A DNA stretch of 64,000 nucleotides from Entomortierella parvispora E1425 (taxonomy: Eukaryota; Fungi; Mortierellomycota), in contig BQFW01000009.1 in NCBI GenBank assembly GCA_020891255.1, positions 310,001 through 374,000 of the forward strand. Reading direction: 5' to 3'. Under the pieces are notes generated by a model. That model saw nothing but the letters and a program-made list of their open reading frames with translations, searched no databases and was not told the origin of the DNA. This document shows positions 13,501-26,009 of this stretch, piece after piece (position 1 is the first letter of the stretch; each line of letters begins with the position of its first letter). The position numbers and the translations under genes were made by a program.

Positions 13501-16500
13501 GACCTCGATAATCTGGTCATTGGCCCTGTTCGTCAGGTTATAAAGTGTCAGCTGCTTGCGATAGTCCGGGTTGACTTTACGAGGGTAGATGTCCAGCTTA
13601 AGCTCGGTCCCTGATTTCGGTGGCAGGGTGATGGCACCCGAAGGAGAACAGTTCAAGACTTTGCTTTGAAAATCTAAGCTGACTGTAGCTGGCAGCTCTG
13701 AAAGGTTCATTAGCTTGATGGGCAGCGACTTGAGGGCACCCACGTCTGTGTCTCCAAAATCAATCGATTTCGGTTCAAAAGTGACAAAGGAGGTGCAGGC
13801 TCGAGACTTGCACTGGATGATCTTGCGTTCCTTTTGCGCGTTCTCTGAGAATGGAGCAGTTGAAGCGAGGCCTCCCCAAGGAGCGTACGAGACAATGATC
13901 CGAAAGGATTTTCGAAGAAGCTTTCCTGCCTGGAAATCCTCCATGGAGGAGTCTCGAGCGGGCCGGTAGGACACAATGACGGTCCTGTCTTTTCCCGGCT
14001 TGACAAAGAGTTCTTCGATCCTTGTGGTTGACTGGTTACCGCGCACAGGCGATTGGGGTCCGTGTAACTGTGCCTGCGCCATTTCCTTCTCCCGCTGTGC
14101 TCCCGAGAACGAGATAGATCTCAAGCTGGGCCGCTTCTTGTGGCTGAGAGCAACACTTGGCGCACCAGAGTCCTGAAGGCTCGTGTTGTCGTTCTCGGAC
14201 TCAAGGTCCTCCTCAGTCCCTTCCTTTCCAGGCCGCACAAACTCTTGTCCTGCCAGATATTTTTCCACATTCGAGTTGATTTGCACGAGATTATCAGGAA
14301 AGAACCCTTCCGAGGTCACGGGTGAGGATGGTCCTGAATCAGCGATCGCGCCTTGGTCACGTAGAGCGCGATCGGCCTTTGTGCTGGCAGTGTCACTCAG
14401 GCTAGGGGCAGCAGAGGTGAATCCTTGCGCACCAGGAGACTGGGGGCCTTCTTCTACCCATTCTCGCAATCGATTCCTGGACATGGCCGATCCTCCATGG
14501 CCCTGGTCCAGCAAACTGTCTGCGTTCGAGTCCGATCGGCGAGAGCCATCGAACCAACTGGAGGGTATGTCCGGATCGCGCAAGAATTTTTCATTATCTA
14601 TAATGTCGGTTTCAGGAAGAGCAGCTCCTGGATCTGTTTGAATGTCAAAGACAACCTCGGCTCCTTCTACCTTGAGGTGAATTTCCGTCGGTACTGTTCC
14701 AGAGTTGCTAAACGTCATGGGCAATCTAGTCCACATTCCTGCACAGCAATCGCCAAAGTCCAAGGTATTGCCGGTTGAGATGGCCAGAGTGTCTTCGCCT
14801 CGAGAGACTGCGCGAACGGTGGCGTGAATAGAAGCCTCCTCAATATTGCTGGCGTCGTTCAAGTTCTCCAACAAAAGGTCATAGAGAAAGTCGCCATTCT
14901 CCTTTGGACGGAAGATGACTCGGATCCGACGATATCCATAGCTGGGAATCGGTTTTGCTCGTATTGACCTTGAGGCAAGGGGGAGACCTTGCTCATCCAA
15001 TGAGTCCACGGCGTCCTCGACATCCTCTCCAAAAGAATCTTCATAATCGACAAACTTTAGCCAACTTTCCCGGGATCCATTCCCAACGTCAACAGCATTC
15101 AGTTGCCAATACAGGGGGATTTCGCTCCTGTTCCAGATTGTAAAGTCCTTGACGTGTTCTTGATTTGCAACGCAATCTTCAAAGTTGATGCCTGTCTCGC
15201 CAATGTTAGAGTACAGGACGGACTTGCATACTGTGGAGCGAAATTTGACCGTATGTTGGTAATCTGCCTTGTGGGGTGCGACACTAGGGGGTAATGAGTT
15301 TCCGCTTCCAGTGGACTCTGAGGCAGGTGGCGCTGATGATGAATATGCATCGTGGGTCAACAGAGGTGGCGGCAAGGGCGCGACTGCTGTCATCACCACA
15401 TCGTTTTGGGAGCCACGGGAAGCTGGAGGTGAGGTCGTCAAGGCTGATTCTGTCAGAAGCATAGGGGATTCTGTCATGGGCGTGGGTAGTTCCGAGTTGT
15501 CCTCACTCAATATCCGAGATGCGGTGGCACTCTTGTACGCGAAAAAGAAAACAAGACCATTGACTTCAAAGGAGTCAAAATTGTCTGTCTGTTGATCATT
15601 CCCGTCAAAATCTTCGTTCTCAAGAGTGCTTCCGTTACCAAGTCCATTAGCGGAGAAATCCCGTTGCCGACTGTCATCATAGATCTGGACGCCATCCCCT
15701 TGAGCACTGCCACTCCCAGAGTTGGCGTTGGTGTCCAAGCCAGCGGTGGCCGACTCCCATTTCCCGCGTCTGTTTTTGCCTCGAGGGTCGGGCAAGAAAC
15801 CCAAGATGACATATTCAGTCTCTCCAGATGCCACAGTGACCTCGTCGATCAAGTTGACATGGTTGAAGAGCTGGTTAAATTGGTGTCCTGATGCAGTCAG
15901 CGATCCGGCCTCTGCGGCGGCAGCAGTGTTTGTCGATATTGTAGGTAGAGAGTTTGCAGTCGAGTCTAGAGCGGGCCAGTAAATAGGGTGGAGAGGGGAT
16001 TAGCATTTGAAAACACCGAAAAGGAGATGCCGAGGAAAGGGCGAAAAAAGTTGCTGCTGAGTCCAATGGTGCAGCGGTTTGATCGCAGAAAGAGCCAATC
16101 ATCTACTGCAATCCTGACTGAAAAAAAAGATCCGTCCAGAAGGGTCCGACCCATGCCTGTGAGCAGGTGTAGACAACAATGCAGAGAGCTCTTTCCACCG
16201 AGGATGTGCGATAGCTGGAGCAAAGCAAGTGAGGTCGACAAAGGGGAGGACAGGCCACGCGACGACTCCATGATACAGATGCGTACACGCACGCTGCACC
16301 CGGTCACTTGTGCAGAGAGTGCCGTTTTTTAGTTCCTGGTGCCAATTTCGGCACCTTGTGCCCGCCCCTTTGTCCTGCCTGATCTGGTCAAGCACGCGAT
16401 CCAAAATGATCCCGTTCCGATCCCGGTTGGACTGACGACTGGCCTCCCCCTGAGCAAAAGAACAAAAAGTAATGGAGGTAAAAAAAGAAACATGTAAACT

Positions 16501-16987
16501 CACCTGCATCAAAGGGCAGGTTCTCGTTGGTAAGCTGAAAGGAGATCTGGGCACCCAGACTGGATCGCATTTTGACGACAATATCGGTCGCAGACGTGTT
16601 CTTGATCCCGAATCGGCGGAGTGAGTGCAGGCCATTGAGATAAACATTCTCCAGAACAAGACGGCTGGGAAAGTTGACGAGCTGGAAAAGTGGGGTTGCA
16701 GTGTTGGGAAGAGAGTTGCTGTGGTGCGCAGAGCCCTGGGCATGCGTGGGATGACTGCCCAACGAGGGCTGTGAATGGATGGAGGGCGTGGTAGTTGCGT
16801 TTCTGATGCTAGTTTTTGTGGGGGGTGTTGCTGTTGTCGGAGCCTGAGTAGACGACTGTTGGGACTGATCCAGTCGGCAGAGGAGGGGGGTGAGTGCGGT
16901 CCGGAGGAGACTGTTGCCATTGCCATTGCCATTGCTGCTGGCATCCGTCAGTCGAGTCGAGGAGTCTTGGGGGGTGTTGTTGCTCAT
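4573..16987 (-). CDS. Giant (~3,800 aa) protein with >=13 ASH/MSP(PapD-like) Ig-fold-type repeats
   Basis: Seven phase-consistent exons (16987-16504, 15965-13155, 13046-6841, 6756-6432, 6340-6081, 5984-4764, 4671-4573) total 11,406 nt. Recurrent [LIV][DN][FL]G...[ILV]xNx[ST]xxP motifs, e.g. IDFGDTDVG..IKLMNLSELP, VDFGACIVG..FTVTNST, INFEDC..FTIWNRSEIP. Confidence 0.8.
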
Positions 16988-18005
16988 TGTTGCTGCAGTT
17001 TACTGTTTGTGGGAGGAGTGAGTTTGTCAAAGAGGCAAGGCTGTCAAAGCGGTTTGAAGGCAGATGCATTCGAGTCAAGGGTAGATCAGATCACGGCACA
17101 ATGTCAACGAGTCTGCCTGTTTTATGAACTGGGGTCCGAGTCGTGTGGTTGCGTGTTGCTGATGAATGATAGACACTGGGTAGGAGAGTCCGCAACGTGT
17201 CCTGGAGGCGGAGGACGGCGAAGACGAGCGAAGAGGGAGAGAAGGGGAGAGGGGGAGCGTGGGCCCTGGGCTATGTCTATTTCGACAGAAATGGTAAGAG
17301 ATGGAAGATGGAGTCAGTCAAAGGAAGACTTGAGAGATGTTTCCTGGAGAATTGTAGTCGGGTGGGATGAATGCATGTATGCATCGTTGAGTGGCATGCA
17401 CAAGGAAGAGAGGATTGTGGAGAAGTTTTGTTGATTGGTATTTCCTTGTGTTCCCGTGGTGGATGCAAAAGGTCCCTGTTGATGGAGCAGAGTTGTGACC
17501 CCGTGGCGATGATCCAGAGAGAAGGGTCAAGCGCAGTGCAGTCCAGTCCAAGAGGGAGTCCAAGGGTCGAGTCCAAGGGAGGAGAGAGAGTGAGAGAGGG
17601 TGAGAGAGTGAAAGGGGTGGGGTGGATGGGATTACCTCCATTCAAACCGGGGGATTAATGTGTGGAGTAGAGGAGAGAGTCCAGCAAAGAAGATTGAGAG
17701 ACAACGAAAAGAAGGAGAGAGGCAAAGGAAGGAAGGAAGGAAAGACAAGGAAGAGAGATGAGCAATGAATGAACAAAGAGAAGGAAGGAAAGAAAAGAAG
17801 GAAAGATCAGATTCCTGCCAAGCAAAGCACCCTTGACGAACAGAGGGAGAAAAGAGGTGTGCGGTGTGCAAGTGAGTGAGTGTGCGTGCGGTGAGAGAGT
17901 GACAAGAGAAAGAGAGAGGGACAGACACAAAGAAAGAAAAAGGAAAAGAAAAGCGCGGCAGACAGCAGCACAGAGGACGCACACTGACAGCAAAGGAATC
18001 ACTCA

Positions 18006-18008
<3 letters not shown>

Positions 18009-18052
<44 letters not shown>
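18009..18052. repeat. (AC)22 microsatellite
   Basis: Direct reading. Confidence 0.97.
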
Positions 18053-18058
<6 letters not shown>

Positions 18059-18092
18059 CTCTCCTCGTCCCTCCCACGCCCACGCGACCATG

Positions 18093-18120
<28 letters not shown>
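18093..18120. repeat. (GACA)7 microsatellite
   Basis: Direct reading. Confidence 0.95.
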
Positions 18121-18124
<4 letters not shown>

Positions 18125-18252
18125 GGACAGACAACTGTGCAGTGTGAAAAGAACACAACAACAAGAACGAAGGAAAGAAGGAAAGAAAAGAACACTTCCT
18201 CTCTTCCTCCCTTCTCCCCTTCTCCCTTTTCTCCCCTTGCAGTTCATTCAAT

Positions 18253-18282
18253 CCTTGCCTTGCCTTGCCTTGCCTTGCCTTG
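18253..18282. repeat. (CCTTG)6 microsatellite
   Basis: Direct reading. Confidence 0.95.
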
Positions 18283-18481
18283 CCTGCTTGCTTGCTTAAT
18301 AGCTTGGACCTTGCTTGGACCTTCTTGTCTTTGTTCTTGTTCGTCTTTTCTTCTTCGCCTTGGACCGTGTACCTGCCTTTCCTTCCTTCCTTCCTTTCCT
18401 TTTCCTCCTTTCTCCTCCCCTCCTGTCCCAGCCAGCCCTGCTCTTCCCTCCCCCTCTTCCCCTCCCCCTCTCCTCCACCCA

Positions 18482-21400
18482 ATGCTGAGTTCGTCTGCTG
18501 TTGTCTCGTCTCTCCATCCCCGTCCCACTGCTTCATCCTCATCCTCTTCTTCCCGTCCATCCTTCATCAAGGCCCATTCCTCCTCCTCTTCCTCACTCTC
18601 CCTATCCACCATGAGTATACAGCAGCAACAACAGCAATCACAGCAACAGCCAGCTCCTCCATCTACCTCATCCTCGTCATCGCCTTCGCTCCCCTCCAGC
18701 TCATTCACCCCCCCTTCCACCCGTCCACGCCAGCTCCTTCACAATGTCATCAACACCCCACCTCCGCCCTTGTCTTTATCCCAGACTCAGCTCCATCTCC
18801 CACAGGCGACTTCGCAGCAATCTCCTCCTGCCTCTTCTTCGTCCTCGTCCGCCTCTCCTCCTCCTCCACCTCCGCCACCGCCACCACCTCCACCCATCAC
18901 CACCACAGGACTCAACAAGCCCACTCCTCCCCTCCCTTCTTCGGCTGCCTATCCACCTGTTCCTTCCTCAGCCTCAGCCTTAGCTTCCAGTCCCACGGGC
19001 GATCGCGACGGATCCTCTCATTCATTGACAAGTCTGAGGGTAAAGGAATCATTGAATCAAGTCTCATTGTTCTGTCCATGACCGAGTCCTCTTTTGTATT
19101 TACATTCCTTTTTTCTCTTTTCTGTTCCTTAATCTTCTTTTGCTTCTTTCCCCCCTGACCTTCTTGTGCCCTCCACGCTGTAGGCCAACGTGAGCACCAT
19201 GAGTCTTAATGAGGGTGTCGCAGCTGCAGACTGGACCATGGACAGAGTCGTCCAGTGGTTGCGGTCAAGGCCCGCATACGCGTACCTGGAGCCACTCTTC
19301 TGTGGTAAGAGCTTCCCTGGGACAAGATACCTGGGCTGCGTTGCCTGGATTGCCAGGACTGCAAGGATTGCCAGGACTGCAAGGGCAGACAGTACAGATA
19401 TAATGGTCAAAGCAGACAGGACAAGCAGAAAGGACCGAAGGGGCAGACAAGATAGACACACTGTCAGGACAGACACAAAAGACAGAGCAGACAGCACAGA
19501 CAGCCAGGCAGTCAAGATGGACTGTGTTGATGCATGGCTAATCGCAGTTTCATTCACTCATTGATTCTTAGAGCATCAAATCTGCGGCAAGGCATTTGTC
19601 GGCCTGACCAATCCAACTCTGAAACAACTGGACCCAAACAGCTCGTACTACCAACGCAGGAAGCTGCTGCTGGAGATCAAGGACACAGTCGAGGGCACAA
19701 AAACAGCGGCATCCGTTTCGTCCATCGGCCCGGAAAATATGCAAACGCCTCCGCCAACATCCGCGTCTCCAGTCCTCAATCGTCTTGGATCTGGATCCAG
19801 GCAGGTTGGCATGTCCCCAAGTCTATCTTCTGCACATCCGCCTTATTCGGATGCCATCAACAACAATAGCAGTGTCAGCTTGTCCTATCTTCCTGAGAAC
19901 AATGTCCGTGGCTCGTTTGACCAGGATTCTCTTCAGTACCAACGGCCACATCGCCCCCTAGACGACCATCCAGGATCAGCCTCAGCAACACCCGTCGCCC
20001 TACAGCCCTCCTTTCACCAGTCACGACCATCGCTGGATGCCTTGGAGCAGTTAGACAGCGGAATGGGACAGAGTCAGGGACAACCGGAGTCATTTTCCCA
20101 ACCTCAGCGACCCTCGGATTCTCCCAGACCAGTAAGCGATCCGGACCTTAAACCATTGCTGGGACGACCACCAGCACAGGTACTCATCGAAACGACAGAG
20201 TACAATCCAAAGATACCCAACATTTTGCCACGGCAATCGTCTATTGCATACTCTGTTAATACCCTTCGGCCCAACCTCAATGTCCCCCCAGCGATCGTGC
20301 CTCGCCAAAGCTCCCGGGATTATTCCACAGCGCATGGACTGAATGCGCCTCACTCTGGACGTGGTATGTCACCAGTCTCTCCGCCGTCGCCAGGCGGATT
20401 CAATTACCCTTCTCCATACCGTGGCCAGGATTCACCTTTGGTCTCCAAAAATGGGCCATCCTGGAATGAGCGACGGAAAGACCCTTCAGTACCCCATATC
20501 CAAACCCAGAGTCTCGCAGATACCCAGTTGATGCCCCAGCACACCGGACCGCGTCAACCCTACGAAGGAGAGCAAGGATCTACAATATCTGGCCCTCACT
20601 CAGATGCGACCGTCGTCGGGGGCACTCTAGGATTTGGCCGTAGGCCTAGTCATAAGCGGAATCACAGCAGCGCAGATGTCATTCAATACCCACCCGCTGC
20701 ACCAGTTGCGACACCCAAGGTACCGTGGATTTTGAAAAAGTAGAGGAGGAAAAAAAGAATTAGAGCTGACTATTAATGTTCTTATTTTTCCTCTAGCCCA
20801 AGAGCATTCAAGTTACGCTGGACAATGAAAACTTCAAATACGTGGATATCACTGGCATTGAAAACCCAATTGTTTTGAAGGAGCGTATTTTCTCAAGAAT
20901 GAAGATTCTTGCAGAAAAGAACAAGTATGGTGTCTTTGAGACAACTGAGCTTGGGGATCGTAAGTTCATATACTTGTGCATTACGCAGTGAGCAAGCGGA
21001 ATCAGGATATTGTATTAAAAAATTGTACTAACCTGGAGCCATCATTTAATGAAATCTAGCTCAACTGGAGGACATCCTAAGTCGAGGTCCACCACTCAAC
21101 GATAGGGAACTCATGGACTTGGTCCTCTACTCGGATAGCCAGCAATCTGTCAAACTTCTTGTGACGCCCATTATGCCTCTCATTTTGCCCCCCGATATGG
21201 ACATCCTTAATCCAAAGCGACATCCAGGAAGTCTGACCCCTTCACAGCCACCACAGCAACTCTACGGAACCCATGGGCGCAACTCTCCATTCCAGACTGC
21301 TCTTGCGAATTCGCACGACTCTGGCTATCACCAGCACCAACGTGAGAGAACGTCCGATTCAGCACAACCCATGGCTATCGTCCAACCCCCGGACGACACC

Positions 21401-24060
21401 TGGGGTTCCGTTCACCCACACCAGCCCTACCCTGATTCAAAGCACCCTCACAATACTGGACGACTTCCACAGCAGGGTTCCAATAACTCGTCGCCTTATG
21501 GATCATACCAGCAGCAGGTCTACCGATATGTTGATAACCCCGCTCATCCTCATTACCAAGCTGACGATAGTCGAAGACCATCCATTGTCGCCAACAATAA
21601 CAGTGCAAGGACTTCACCGCGTGTCGGACCTGTTATCAACACATCAGTGGGCCGACTTCACAACAAGTCTGGAACAAGTACGCCCAATCTGGAGGCTTCT
21701 ATGAGTCACTCTCCGCTCAGCGGTAAAAAAATGCTTGCCAGGAATGCGAACTTGTCCTTGGTCATTGGAAGTAACACAGATCAGGATGGTAAATTGGTCA
21801 ACCATCACCTTCGCCACGGAGATCAGAGTGCTTCTCCTGGAGGCTCTCAGGGATACCGTTACCCGAGAGACCGTGTAGGCGCAGCCAGTCATGACAGCGG
21901 CAGCCCCAATGCCAGTTATTATGAGATGGGTCGAAGTAATCATCCTGGGTTTGGAGAGGTTCCTATGGCGGGGATGCAATTCGGCAGCGCTGTCTACAGC
22001 AATGGACTGCCAGCCTCGCCCCTGAGTGCCGGAGCGACCAAACGCAGTTCCTTCCAGCCCGTAAAGTACAACTCCTCCCACTCGAATTTAAACTCTCCAA
22101 GGTCGATTGATGGATTTGGGGCTGATATCCATGTAATGGATGAGCACGATTCCGACGACGATTCCGACGACGATGAGTCTGAAAACTTTTGGGGTGAGCG
22201 TCCCCCTCTGGACTTCTTGCTGGAGAATTTTGGAAGGTTTTTTCAGGATCACGATCTGGACCATCCCATCATTGAGCTGCACCCTCCAACTCCGTATAGC
22301 GGTTCGCCCATGGTGCCAGCTGAAGCCATCCTTGGGACACCCGAGACTCATCATGGTTCTATGAGGAGTCAGGGCGTCAGTCCTGCCATGACAGATGGCT
22401 GGGGTTCTAACTCGACCGTGTCCTCTAGCCATGGTTCCTCATCTCCGCACACAAACTACCAAACTGGCCCCACCTCAGGCCACCATCGTGGTAGTATTAT
22501 TCACAAAAAATCGATCCGGATTGTCGCCCAGGAGGCTAAGGACCGGTTCTCCAAACAGTTTTCTGGCTCTAAAGTCATGCGGCGCAAATCGACCAAGATG
22601 TGGGGTAGTCGATTGGCTGAGGTGATGCCCACAAACCAGGTTGCACCTTCGGTCGGTTTGGGTATGCACGAGTACGACGATGAACCCCAACTGTCGCCCA
22701 TTGCTGGCTCGCCAGCGGTCGTATCAAGGTCATCCATCGCAGAGTTTGTGAAGGAGGCAGCACAGGAACATCACATCTTGCCTGAAGAGCCAGTCGTGAC
22801 AGAGCCAATCTCGGAGCTAGAATCGCAGGAGAGTCTAGCTGTAATGGATTCTGCTCATATGCAACAGACTCAACATCAGGTTATCCAGTCTCAACAACGC
22901 GTGGTTCAAGTAGAATCAGGCAAAGTCATGGATCAGTCCCAGCAGGGTATATATCAGCATCCTCAAAGCGGAACCATCAAGACATTCCAGTATCTGAAGG
23001 GAGGTTTGATTGGCCGTGGTTCTTTTGGAAAGGTCTTTCACGCCTTCAATTTGGATACATGCGAGATGATTGCAATCAAGCAAGTGGATCTGCCACAAAC
23101 TCTTTCCGAAAGGAACTGTGACCGACTCAAAACTTCAGTCGAGGCCTTGTTTTCGGAGATGGAGGTCTTGAAGGATCTGGATCACGAGAACATTGTTCAG
23201 TACCTTGGTTTCGCCCAAAATGAGGAGACAGCCAATATCTTTTTGGAGTATGTGTCTGGAGGCAGTATTGAGAGTTGTTTGAAGCGAAGTGGTCCCTTCC
23301 CTGAGGCTGTGATCCGAAGTTTTACGCGACAGATCCTTCTGGGCCTGGAGTATATCCATAGCAAGAAGATTGTTCACAGAGTAAGGGCTGTTTTATTTTT
23401 AATTTGTCTGCACGCCTTTACATTCTGTAGTGTTTTAACACTCTGTCTCCTTTTGTGTTTCCCCTCTTTTATTCCTACTTTATAGGACATCAAAGCCGCT
23501 AATGTTTTAGTCGATGAGCAGGGCATTTGCAAGATTTCTGATTTTGGAATTTCTAAAAAGAATGCTCAAAGTCAAGGAGGATATGATGAGAACGTTGGCT
23601 CTCTACAAGGATCCGTGTTTTGGATGGCGCCAGAAATGGTTACATCCAAAGCCTACGGCGCTAAGATCGACATCTGGAGTTTTGGATGCTTGGTCCTGGA
23701 AATGTTTACGGGTCAACAACCCTGGAAGGGGTATGCTCCTCAACAGGCTCTCTTTACCGTAAGTTTTTTTGAACCTTTTTATGGACGATCTACCTTTTCC
23801 TTTTGAGTACGGTATTTCATGCTGACCTTCCTTTTTTAATTGTTCCCTTGTATTTCTGCTGTCAAAAGATTGGAAGTAGCAGCGCACATCCTCCTATTCC
23901 AGAAACGATATCCGAAGAGGGTCAGCGCTTCTTGGCCAGATGCTTCATCACAGATGCGAACCAAAGACCTACGGCGTCAGAGCTTTTGCAGGATCCCTTT
24001 GCGGTGCCTCCCCCTAATTTCAACTTTACCGACTATATTGAGGGCAAGATTACCGACTAA
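18482..24060 (+). CDS. BCK1: MAP kinase kinase kinase, Bck1/Mkh1-type, with N-terminal SAM-like domain; multi-exon (start 18482 or CCACC-ATG 18611)
   Basis: Kinase motifs GLIGRGSFGKV, IAIKQV, HENIVQYLG, HR|DIKAANVL, KISDFG, GSVFWMAPE, DIWSFGC. The Bck1-like pre-kinase motifs FFQDHDLDHPII, KSIRIVAQEA and RRKSTKMWG are present. SAM-like WTMDRVVQWL|EHQICGKAFVGL is split by an intron. Confidence 0.85.
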
Positions 24061-24216
24061 TTTTGAACATTAATAATAAAAAATCTAAAAGGAACTACAT
24101 ACTTTCTAATGCAAAACGTCCTTGAGCTATGATATGTTTATGTTTGTTTTTAATAGAATAGGTTCTCACTTGTGTCCAGCTCATTTGTGTGCACGCCATG
24201 CTGTGCGGCGATCCCA

Positions 24217-25535
24217 TCAGATGGTCTTCTCTTCTGACTGCAGGTCATGTGTTGACAAGACTTGGACACTGTATATGCCTATGCCAGAGATATGCATCTC
24301 CTTGTCATTGGCATTCACAGTCTCTCGGCTGCCCCACTCCAGATTCAACCAATTAACATCTCTCTTTTAGAAGGGTTCTCTTTCCGTCTCCTGGAGACCA
24401 TGGTCCTCTTCCAACCTTGCCACCTCATCGGCACAGTACCACAGCAAGCAAAGACCATCCTTGAGATACATTTGGTGTTGCGGAGACAACCAAAGGAGGT
24501 TCAAATGACCAAGGTTTTTGAGCGACTTGAGTCTGTAAAAGAGGCGATGGAGGCGATGGAGGTCGGTCCTGGGATCAATGTAGGCGCTGTCATCGAGGAC
24601 CTGGAGAGAAATCCGCTGTTGAGGCCACAGCCATCTCGTACAGACGGAAACAGGGGAGGGTCCTCTATGCCCCGCTTCCTGGATGACATGGAAAGCCCTT
24701 CTAGAGATGGTAACGGCCGAAATGGCCTCTGGACAACTCCCTTTGAGAAGGTAATATCCTGGATCTCGTTGTTGTCGTCTAAATCCGAAGTGAGCACTCC
24801 CCAATAACAGACGCGGAGCTCCTTGATTGACACGGGGCAGTACGGGAAAAACAGTTTAGCATCTTCCAGGGTGCACTGATAATGAATCCGGAGCTCAAAC
24901 TGTGCCAGGACAGGGGACTCCATGAATCGGTTCAGAATGCCTTGAGAGAGGTAGGGTCTGCAGTTGATGTCCCAGTCCAGAAGCAAATAAGAAAGTCGAG
25001 TGTTCATGCCAATCAACGGCAGGGCAGACTGCAACACTGTGTCTTTGGAGGAGTATGGTTCTCCTTCCTCCGCATCTTCACCATCAACACCGCCACCCTC
25101 ACCCTCCACGTCGCTACCCTCTCGTTCGCTGCAGGCATCGCTCAGATTCTCCTTAGAGTAATCATCATGGAACCAATCACTTTCGGGATACGATTGCTTG
25201 AGCTGAAGATGTCGGATCTGAGTACAGCCCATGTCGACCAACTGTGAATCCGTCAAGTTCACGATCGCGCGTTCAATCCAAGACGCGCGATCCTGAAAGA
25301 AGTCTCTTTCAGCATTAGAGAATTGTATCCTTCGATCGTAATGCAAAGCTGTCCATCGGACAGAATTCCAGAGTGGACTTTCAAAGAGGGTATGCCAGGC
25401 CCGGCAGACCCTACGACAGGTCCAAATCTCGTTTGAGGTCAGGGGACTGCAAATCGGATCCAAAATCAAAGGGATATCAAACGCAGAGAAAGATTTTTTG
25501 GCGTGGATAACGAATAATGGTCAAAGAGTTGGCAT
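24217..25535 (-). pseudogene. Decayed F-box/LRR-like gene (Mortierellaceae-type family)
   Basis: F-box FDIPLILDPICSPLTSNEIWTCRRVCRAW. The in-frame ATG at 25535 is followed by TGA at codon 5. Family-like C-terminal pieces (LHRLFYRLKSLKNLGHLNLLW..YLKDGLCLL; KRDVNWLNLEW) lie in two other frames. Confidence 0.65.
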
Positions 25536-26009
25536 CGTCGTATTTAAAGAGAAACCTTGCGATTTCGAGGGGGAAAAGCTATTGCCGGGAGGATTTCTTT
25601 TTAGGCATGGTCACAGGGTGATGTATGGAGAGAGAGAGAGAGGGAGAGGAAAATGACAGGAGTGCGAGTGAGTACCTAGTGTAAAGAACGAAATTGAAGA
25701 AAAAAAAAAGTGCGGGAAAATGAATGGTTCGTAACACACCAGGGGCGCAGCGGCGCGGCCAAATTGCCATTTCTGCAGCCGTCACATTTCAGCTCACAGA
25801 GAACCCTTGCTCCATGTAGCAGTCCTATGGTCTCATTTATTATGTATCCCAAGCGCTAGAAGTAGGTAGTTGAACACTTGCCATCTTTATTTCACAAGGG
25901 ATCTTTTGGCGCTTTATTTGTGCGCATATCAAAAAGATCTCCTGAGCCGACTTCTGACTGCATGTTGTTGTTTTTGAATAGTCATTTCTTGTTTTCCACT
26001 TTATATCCT

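Noticed and set aside
15966-16503. TPP riboswitch or snoRNA in the long intron
   Set aside because: No CUGAGA / CCUGAU TPP core and no paired C/D boxes.
17277-18720. Many 100-300-aa ORFs in the microsatellite region
   Set aside because: Translations are repeat artefacts (VCVCVC, THTHTH, LSFLP); only the BCK1 frame from 18482 is retained.
25521-25523. In-frame TGA as selenocysteine
   Set aside because: Non-catalytic position, additional frameshifts downstream, no SECIS seen; pseudogenisation is simpler.
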